Source: Methanoculleus sp.
GTDB lineage: Archaea; Halobacteriota; Methanomicrobia; Methanomicrobiales; Methanoculleaceae
NCBI RefSeq assembly: GCF_020696975.1
Contig: NZ_JAJGBK010000017.1
Span: 4,804-68,803, forward strand
Direction of reading: 5' to 3'
Length of the DNA: 64,000 nt
Under the pieces are notes generated by a model. It did not search any database. It saw only the letters and a list, made by a program, of their open reading frames with translations, and was not told the origin of the DNA. The position numbers and the translations under genes were made by a program. This document shows, piece after piece, positions 58,062 to 64,000 of this stretch. Every line of letters begins with the position of its first letter. Within the stretch, counting starts at the first letter, position 1.

Positions 58062-59558
58062 ATGAACCGGCGGGGGAGCGGGGTTCTCCTCCACATCACA
58101 TCCCTGCCGTCGGCGTACGGGATCGGCGATCTCGGACCCGCAGCGCACCGGTTCGTAGACCTCCTGACCGGCGCCGGGCAGCGCTACTGGCAGATCCTTC
58201 CCCTCAACCCGACATGCCCGACGTTTGCCAACTCGCCCTACCAGAGCACCTCGGCGTTTGCCGGGAACACCTGGCTTATCAGCCCCGAAGAGATGGTCGC
58301 GGACGGCCTCCTCGCCCCGGAGGATATCAGGGACCCGCCTGGATTCCCTGTGGACCGGGTGGACTACCTGATGGTCCTGGACTACAAGAACGGCCTCTTT
58401 GATAGGGCGTTTGCGCGGTTCAAAGAGCGCGGTCCGGACTTCCGTTACGAGGAGTTTGCCGCCGAGAACGCCTCCTGGCTCAACGATTACGCCATCTTTG
58501 TCGCCCTCAAGGACCTCTTTGACGGAAAGGCCTGGGGCGACTGGCCGGCCGGGATCCGGGACCGGCACGAGGAGGCGCTCAGGAAGCACGGCACCGAGCT
58601 TGCCGACCGGATCGTCCGCGAGAAGTTCCTCCAGTACGTCTTCGACCGTCAGTGGAAGGCGCTCAAGAACCATTGCCGCGAGCGCCATCTCCAGATCATC
58701 GGGGACATCCCGATCTACCTCACCTACGACAGCGTCGACCTCTGGGCGAACCCTGGCCTCTTCAAACTGGACGGCCTGAAGAAACCGGCTGCCGTCGCGG
58801 GGGTGCCTCCCGATATGTACAGCGCGACCGGGCAACTCTGGGGAAACCCGGTCTACAACTGGGATGCGCACCGGGAGCAGGGATTTTCCTGGTGGAAGAG
58901 CCGGATCGACCGCACCCTCGCCCTTGTTGACCGGCTGCGCCTCGATCACTTCCGGGGGTTCGTGCAGTTCTGGGAGGTGCCGGCCGGGAGCGCGACCGCG
59001 GAGAACGGGCGCTGGGTCGATGCGCCCGGACGGGACCTCTTCACCCTGCTCGCACGGAGCAGGCCGTGCCTCCCTATCATCGCAGAAGACCTCGGCTACA
59101 TTACCTCCGACGTCCACGGGATGATGACCCATTTCGGGTTCCCGGGAATGAAGATCCTGACTTTCGGCTTCTCCGGCGACGTCGCGCGGAACCCGCACGC
59201 GCCCCACAACATCACAAAGGGCTGCGTTGCCTACACCGGAACGCACGACAACAACACCGTCCGGGGCTGGTTCGAGCACGAGGTGCCGGACGACCAGAAG
59301 GACATCATATTCCGCTACATCGGGGGCCCGGTGAGCGCCGATCAGGTGCACCGGATCCTCATCCGTCTTGCGATGCTCTCCCCGGCCGATACCGTCATCG
59401 TCCCGATGCAGGACATTCTCGGCCTCGGGGAGGAGGCGCGGATGAACCGACCGGGAACGACGGAGGGGAACTGGGAGTGGCGGCTCCGGCCGGAGCAGAT
59501 GGGGGAGGAGATCCTCCGGGAGTTTCGGGAGGTGACGGGGATCTACGGGAGGGGGTAG
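58062..59558 (+). CDS. malQ: 4-alpha-glucanotransferase (amylomaltase, GH77)
   Basis: RGSGVLLHITSLPS.YGIGDLG, LRLDHFRGF, IIAEDLG, YTGTHDN. Confidence 0.9.
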   Translation: MNRRGSGVLLHITSLPSAYGIGDLGPAAHRFVDLLTGAGQRYWQILPLNPTCPTFANSPYQSTSAFAGNTWLISPEEMVADGLLAPEDIRDPPGFPVDRVDYLMVLDYKNGLFDRAFARFKERGPDFRYEEFAAENASWLNDYAIFVALKDLFDGKAWGDWPAGIRDRHEEALRKHGTELADRIVREKFLQYVFDRQWKALKNHCRERHLQIIGDIPIYLTYDSVDLWANPGLFKLDGLKKPAAVAGVPPDMYSATGQLWGNPVYNWDAHREQGFSWWKSRIDRTLALVDRLRLDHFRGFVQFWEVPAGSATAENGRWVDAPGRDLFTLLARSRPCLPIIAEDLGYITSDVHGMMTHFGFPGMKILTFGFSGDVARNPHAPHNITKGCVAYTGTHDNNTVRGWFEHEVPDDQKDIIFRYIGGPVSADQVHRILIRLAMLSPADTVIVPMQDILGLGEEARMNRPGTTEGNWEWRLRPEQMGEEILREFREVTGIYGRG

Positions 59559-59676
59559 GGGTCACGGCAGGACATGCTTGAGCAACTTTTGTGCCCGGGC
59601 CCCACACCACTCGCTTCCGGGCACTCCATATGCCCTGGCAACTTCACCGGCCCTCGCCCCGCATAAAGACCTCATC

Positions 59677-59700
59677 GTTTTTTATTTTTTCTGTTTTCTC
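59677..59700 (+). terminator. Oligo-T tract (candidate archaeal terminator) after malQ
   Basis: GTTTTTTATTTTTTCTGTTTTCTC in the malQ-glgP spacer. Confidence 0.35.
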
Positions 59701-59774
59701 AACAATTTACCAAAATAAACAAACATATATAATAATAAATATGGAAAGTACATCCTCAAAAGGGGACAGAATTC

Positions 59775-62009
59775 ATGGATAATCCCATACACGATCCGTT
59801 TGCCCACGTCCCGGAACGGCTCTCCGGGCTCGTCGACCTCGCGTACAACCTCTGGTGGAGCTGGAATCCGGAGGCCCGGATCCTCTTCAAGCAGGTGAAC
59901 CAGCAGGCCTGGAAAGCAAGCGGCCACAACCCGGTTCGGATGCTCCGCGAGATCCCGGCCGGGTTCCTGAACCGTGCGGCGGAGACCCCTGCCTACTGCA
60001 ACCGCTACGACATCATCATGCGCCGGTTCCAGAAGTACATGAGCGCCACCGGAACCTGGTTCACCGAGGAGTATTCCGGCAATCCTTCGCTCCCTATTGC
60101 TTACTTCTCGGCAGAATACGGGCTTCACCACTCGCTCCCCATCTACGCGGGCGGGCTTGGATTCCTCGCCGGCGACCACTTAAAGGAGGCGAGCGACCTC
60201 GGTCTCCCGATGGTCGCCGTCGGGTTCCTGTACTCGCAGGGTTATCTCCACCAGCAGATCAGCCCCGACGGCTGGCAGGAGGACGTCACCGAACCGTTCG
60301 ACCGCGACGCGGCGCCCGTCACCCGGGTGCTGGATGCGAACGGTGACGACCTGGTGGTCCGCGTCCCCCAGATCGACCCGCCCATCTACGTCGCCGTCTG
60401 GAAGGTCCAGGTCGGCAGGATCCCGCTCTACCTTCTCGATACCGACCTCCCCTGCAACGACCCTAAAAATCGGGGCATATCATCACGGCTGTACGCGGGC
60501 GACCAGGAGCAGCGCCTCCGGCAGGAGATCGTCCTCGGGATCGGCGGCAGAAAAGTCCTCCACGCGCTCGGGATCGAGTATGCGGCGGTACACTTAAACG
60601 AAGGCCACCCGGCGTTCGCACTGCTCGAACGGATCCGGGAACGAGTCGAGCGGGGGATGACGTTTGAGGAAGCGCTCGCAGAGGTGCAGGCGACATCCGT
60701 CTTCACGACACATACCCCCGTCCCGGCAGGGCATGACGTCTTCCCCGTCGACCTCATCGACCGCTACTTCAAGACCTACTACCCGGCGCTCGGCATCGAC
60801 CGGACGAGGTTCCTGCAGCTCGGGGTCCACCCGCAGAGCCCCGGCTCGGGCTTCAACATGACCGCATTCGCCCTGCGTGCGTCGACGCACCACAACGGTG
60901 TCTCACGCACGAACGGGACCGTCACCCGTGACATGTGGCGGTGCCTGTGGCCGGGGTCTTTGGAGGCGACGGTGCCGATCGACTATGTCACGAACGGCGT
61001 CCATGTCTCGACCTGGCTGAACCCCAGGATGAAGAAACTCTACGACCGGCATATCGGGCCGACATCTCCCGAGTGGCTCTCGACTCACGACGACCCGACG
61101 GTATGGGAGCTCATCGACGAGATCCCGGATGCCGAACTCTGGCACCTCCACCTCTGGCTGAAGGCGAAACTCCTCAACCGGATCCGGGAGCAGGAGCGGA
61201 TAAAGTGGGCGACGCACCACGGCGGGGCGCTCAACCCTGCGGCCGAGGGAGCGTTCCTCAACCCCTCTGTCCTGACGATCGGGTTTGCCCGGCGGTTCTC
61301 GACCTACAAGAGGGCGCACCTCATTTTTGAGGACCGGGAGCGGTTGAAACGCATCTTAAACAACCCCTGGTATCCTGTCCAGATCATCTTCGCCGGCAAG
61401 GCCCACCCGGCCGATAACGAGGGTAAACGGCTGCTTCAGCAGATCTACCGCTACACGCAGCAGCCTGAGTTCGGAGGACGGATCGCGTTCATCGAGGACT
61501 ACAACGACCAGGTGGCCCGATACCTGGTGCACGGCGTCGACGTCTGGTTGAACAACCCGCTGCCCCCGATGGAAGCAAGCGGCACGAGCGGCATGAAGGC
61601 TTCGCTGAATGGGGTGCTGAACCTCTCTATCCTGGACGGCTGGTGGACCGAAGGTTACAACGGCAGAAACGGCTGGGCGTTCGGGGACGAGACGGTTGCC
61701 TGCGAAGGGAGGAATTCCGCCGACGCTTCGGCAATCTACGATCTCCTTGAGAAAGAAGTCGTGCCGCTCTATTACAACCGCTCCATCGACGATATCCCCC
61801 ATGGCTGGGTGAAGATGATGAAGGAGTCGATCAAGAGCAACGGTCCCCGGTTCTCGTCCCGCAGGATGGTGAAGGAGTATGTTGCCCGGTATTACCCGTC
61901 TCTCCTGAAGGGGGCCGGGATGGAGTCGTGCCAGACCCCGGCGGTGAAACTCCGGGCGCCTGCCTGGGGACCGCGGGTGCGGCGGAAGGCCGGGGAAGAG
62001 GGCGAGTAG
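59775..62009 (+). CDS. glgP: Alpha-glucan (maltodextrin/glycogen) phosphorylase, GT35
   Basis: YNLWWSWNPEA, YFSAEYG, AGGLGFLAGDHLK, PLP-Lys region EASGTSGMKASLNG. Confidence 0.9.
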   Translation: MDNPIHDPFAHVPERLSGLVDLAYNLWWSWNPEARILFKQVNQQAWKASGHNPVRMLREIPAGFLNRAAETPAYCNRYDIIMRRFQKYMSATGTWFTEEYSGNPSLPIAYFSAEYGLHHSLPIYAGGLGFLAGDHLKEASDLGLPMVAVGFLYSQGYLHQQISPDGWQEDVTEPFDRDAAPVTRVLDANGDDLVVRVPQIDPPIYVAVWKVQVGRIPLYLLDTDLPCNDPKNRGISSRLYAGDQEQRLRQEIVLGIGGRKVLHALGIEYAAVHLNEGHPAFALLERIRERVERGMTFEEALAEVQATSVFTTHTPVPAGHDVFPVDLIDRYFKTYYPALGIDRTRFLQLGVHPQSPGSGFNMTAFALRASTHHNGVSRTNGTVTRDMWRCLWPGSLEATVPIDYVTNGVHVSTWLNPRMKKLYDRHIGPTSPEWLSTHDDPTVWELIDEIPDAELWHLHLWLKAKLLNRIREQERIKWATHHGGALNPAAEGAFLNPSVLTIGFARRFSTYKRAHLIFEDRERLKRILNNPWYPVQIIFAGKAHPADNEGKRLLQQIYRYTQQPEFGGRIAFIEDYNDQVARYLVHGVDVWLNNPLPPMEASGTSGMKASLNGVLNLSILDGWWTEGYNGRNGWAFGDETVACEGRNSADASAIYDLLEKEVVPLYYNRSIDDIPHGWVKMMKESIKSNGPRFSSRRMVKEYVARYYPSLLKGAGMESCQTPAVKLRAPAWGPRVRRKAGEEGE

Positions 62010-62065
62010 ACCCCACCTCCCTTCGCCAGTTGCAACAAAGGAGGAGTGAGGCCGGGATCCGCGGC

Positions 62066-62407
62066 CTACGCCGAGCGCTTTACACCTGCTGAAGCCTGCC
62101 GGCTTTTTCGCGAGACTCGCCGCCGGGTCGTCCTGGATCCCGCCTGAAGCCCCCGCTCTTTGTGCGGGGACCTTCCGCCGGCCTGCGCCACACGCTTCCG
62201 GGTCTCGTGGGAAGCGGCCTGGAGGCCTCTCGCTGCATGCGGGGCCTTGCCCCCGGCTTTTCCGACCCGCCGCCGTGTCTCGTGGGAAGCGGCCTGGAGA
62301 CCTCGTGCAGTGTGCGGCGCCATTCCACCAATTCTTGCGACACGTTTCCGGGTCGCTTCGTCTGCGGATGCGAGACCGCGTTTGGTCTTTTTCTTCTCGC
62401 CAGTCAT
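62066..62407 (-). CDS. KGG-repeat (YciG-like) general stress protein
   Basis: A 25-aa unit RGLQAASHETR+RV..AGG+APH.. is repeated about 3.7 times. Start taken at MTGEKKKTKRGLASADE. Confidence 0.65.
   Translation of the reverse strand: MTGEKKKTKRGLASADEATRKRVARIGGMAPHTARGLQAASHETRRRVGKAGGKAPHAARGLQAASHETRKRVAQAGGRSPHKERGLQAGSRTTRRRVSRKSRQASAGVKRSA
62102..62380 (-). repeat. In-frame 75-nt tandem repeat (about 3.7 units) inside the KGG-repeat gene
   Basis: Repeats are visible at both DNA and protein level. Confidence 0.7.
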
Positions 62408-62850
62408 TCTATCGCCCCCGGGGGAGATCGTTTGCATACGTTGCAGGATGGTTTCCCTTCGTGCGATTGGTCCGGTCACCCGTGTTCCGGGGAGGGGTGA
62501 TACCACCGGAATGCTGCCGGACCTCTATGCCTGCACTCACGTTCTGTTTCGTCACATCAGTCAACCCCCGTGATACCGCGCGCATGGCATGGCTATTATA
62601 AAAACATTGTTATAATTATGGTGAACTTCCCTGTCCGCGGTTCATTCTGATCATTCCAGGAACACCGGGGCTGGACAGCGACATAGTTGCTGGACGCAAC
62701 GGCTCTGTCCATATCCTGCCAGGAACGGACTGTACTCTTCAGGGTGGATAGGTGGCCTGCTCCAGTGGAGCATCAACAGATTGATACAGGGTGCGGGTGA
62801 GTGGGGTGAGCGCACCATCCCGCTCCATGCCGGGGTTGGAGGTTCACCAA

Positions 62851-63429
62851 ATGACGCTCGTGATTGCATTCATTGGAAAACAGGGCGCTGTTATGGCGGG
62901 GGATATGCGGGAGATCGCATTCCAGGGGGACGACTCCTGTATTGAAGAACTGGAACGCGAGCTTTACAGCGGTTCGATCGCGTCCGATAATGACTTACAG
63001 GCCCGGGCTGACGAGGTCGGGGTGACAATCCGGGTCCGGAACGACAAGGCCAAGATCTCGCAGCAGGACGGGGTTCTTATCGGCGAGGTGACCGAGACCG
63101 AAGGGCCGGTGGTCCGCCGAAAGAGGCTGTACGCTACGGCAGGAAATTATGCGATTGCCGAGATCATTGATTCACGACCACGGATAGTACAGAAGGGCAG
63201 GGCAAGCAACTTTGTGGTGCTGGGAAATGAGATCACAAAGCAGATTGCCAATCAATGCATCCGGGGAGGCTGGGAGGGAGGAACAGTCCCGGATGCCATG
63301 CGACTCATCATGCTCACCATGCAGATAGCGGCGAGCATGACGGCATCGGTGAGCAGAACATTTGTACTGGTGCATACCGATATCGCAGGCAACCTGGCTG
63401 ACGCCGTTGACCGGGGTCTCCGGGTATAA
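62851..63429 (+). CDS. Conserved archaeal hypothetical protein (possibly DUF2121-like)
   Basis: MTLVIAFIGKQGAVMAGDMREIAF... with a GGAGGT RBS 7 nt upstream of the ATG at 62851. The family assignment is from memory only. Confidence 0.55.
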   Translation: MTLVIAFIGKQGAVMAGDMREIAFQGDDSCIEELERELYSGSIASDNDLQARADEVGVTIRVRNDKAKISQQDGVLIGEVTETEGPVVRRKRLYATAGNYAIAEIIDSRPRIVQKGRASNFVVLGNEITKQIANQCIRGGWEGGTVPDAMRLIMLTMQIAASMTASVSRTFVLVHTDIAGNLADAVDRGLRV

Positions 63430-63527
63430 CCATCACCGGGAGAAAAATCCCGGGTAATCCCCACCTCCGCCCCGGGGCAGGGCCCTGCCCGGGTCGGTAT
63501 ATCAGTTGTGGCGCAAAATCACGAGGA

Positions 63528-63845
63528 TTATTGGCTGAGATAGTTGTGCTTCTTGAGCCAGTCAACCTGGGGTTTGATGTAGCGGTAGATGATATCGCAC
63601 TTCTCGTCCTGGAAACTCCAGGGAACAACGATCAGGAGATCGCCTTCGCGTATCCAGAGCCGCTTCTTGATCTTGCCCTTGATTCGCCCGGTGCGCGTGA
63701 CGCCGTCCTCGCAACGAACACGTATGTGGTTTGCCCCGAGCATCAGGTCGGCCCGGCCAAATATTTCCCGATTCCGCTTCTTTGGTAACCGTACTCGTAC
63801 AATCTCTTCGCTTCCGGTGTTTTGTGATCCTCGTGTATTCGTCAG
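63528..63845 (-). CDS. eif1a: Translation initiation factor aIF-1A
   Basis: OB-fold core LGANHIRVRCEDG.TRTGRI.GK.KKR.WIREGD..IV.PW. Homologous N-terminal sequence (VRVRLPKKRNREIFGRADL) continues upstream of the only ATG (63743) to a CTG at 63845, which is preceded by GGAG. The minimal ATG ORF is 63528-63743. Confidence 0.7.
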   Translation of the reverse strand: MTNTRGSQNTGSEEIVRVRLPKKRNREIFGRADLMLGANHIRVRCEDGVTRTGRIKGKIKKRLWIREGDLLIVVPWSFQDEKCDIIYRYIKPQVDWLKKHNYLSQ

Positions 63846-64000
63846 TTAATCAACTCCGTAACAGGCGGTGACGCAGACTCCGCCTGCATCGTTCCTGGAG
63901 GTGTATACCAATGACCCGAGCCACCATTAAAGTATCTATCCCGGGATCACGTCTACAACCCGGGTCTGGTGAAAGGGATCCTGCCGTATGAGAGACCAGC

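Noticed and set aside
1-64000. tRNA, rRNA or SRP RNA genes
   Set aside because: I scanned the intergenic regions by eye for T-loop (GGTTCRANYC) and other hallmark motifs and found none. Only RNase P RNA motifs were detected. A tRNAscan/Infernal run is needed to be certain.

Overview
High-GC archaeal chromosome segment. The gene content suggests a Methanomicrobiales methanogen, possibly Methanoculleus-like, but that is an inference from content only. Most of the window is ordinary, densely packed core genome:
- a CNNM/CBS transporter, an FKBP plus giant TPR protein pair, and a tandem rubredoxin
- two PAN proteasome ATPase paralogs and MBF1
- an eight-gene aromatic amino acid operon of the archaeal DKFP type (two aroA'-like genes, aroB', tyrA, pheA, aroA, an aroK-aroE fusion, aroC), joined by seven 4-nt start/stop overlaps, with aroD and proC downstream on the opposite strand
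- a U32 family protein, triosephosphate isomerase, RNase P RNA, AMMECR1, the archaeosine genes tgtA and arcS, and NfnAB-like oxidoreductase
- a bacterial-type wing-domain PLP decarboxylase with a GNAT gene
- a six-gene glycogen cluster (GH57, glycogen synthase, GH13 GlgB, GH57/DUF3536, MalQ, GlgP), a KGG-repeat stress protein and aIF1A.

Two regions have visibly lower GC and look accessory.

1. A ~1.1-kb islet at 19.3-20.4 kb lies between convergent aroC and aroD. It carries a Doc/Fic-like toxin fused to a zinc ribbon.

2. A ~12-kb island at about 34.4-46.4 kb is the most interesting part.
- It contains three unrelated secreted hydrolases: a zinc phospholipase-C-like enzyme with a P-domain, a transglutaminase-like Cys protease, and a HExxHxxGxxD metalloprotease.
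- All three begin with the same ~380-nt cassette of promoter, long 5' leader and signal peptide.
- Each is followed by a membrane- or PGF-CTERM-anchored partner gene.
- The island also holds a thioredoxin-CcdA fusion, a PPC-domain protein and a membrane-tethered dual winged-helix regulator.
- A duplicated 3' fragment of nfnB lies inside it, and a probably 5'-truncated MFS gene marks its right edge.

I saw no CRISPR array, tRNA, rRNA, integrase or transposase. Everything was done by eye. Identities, GC levels and RNA folds are estimates that need computation.
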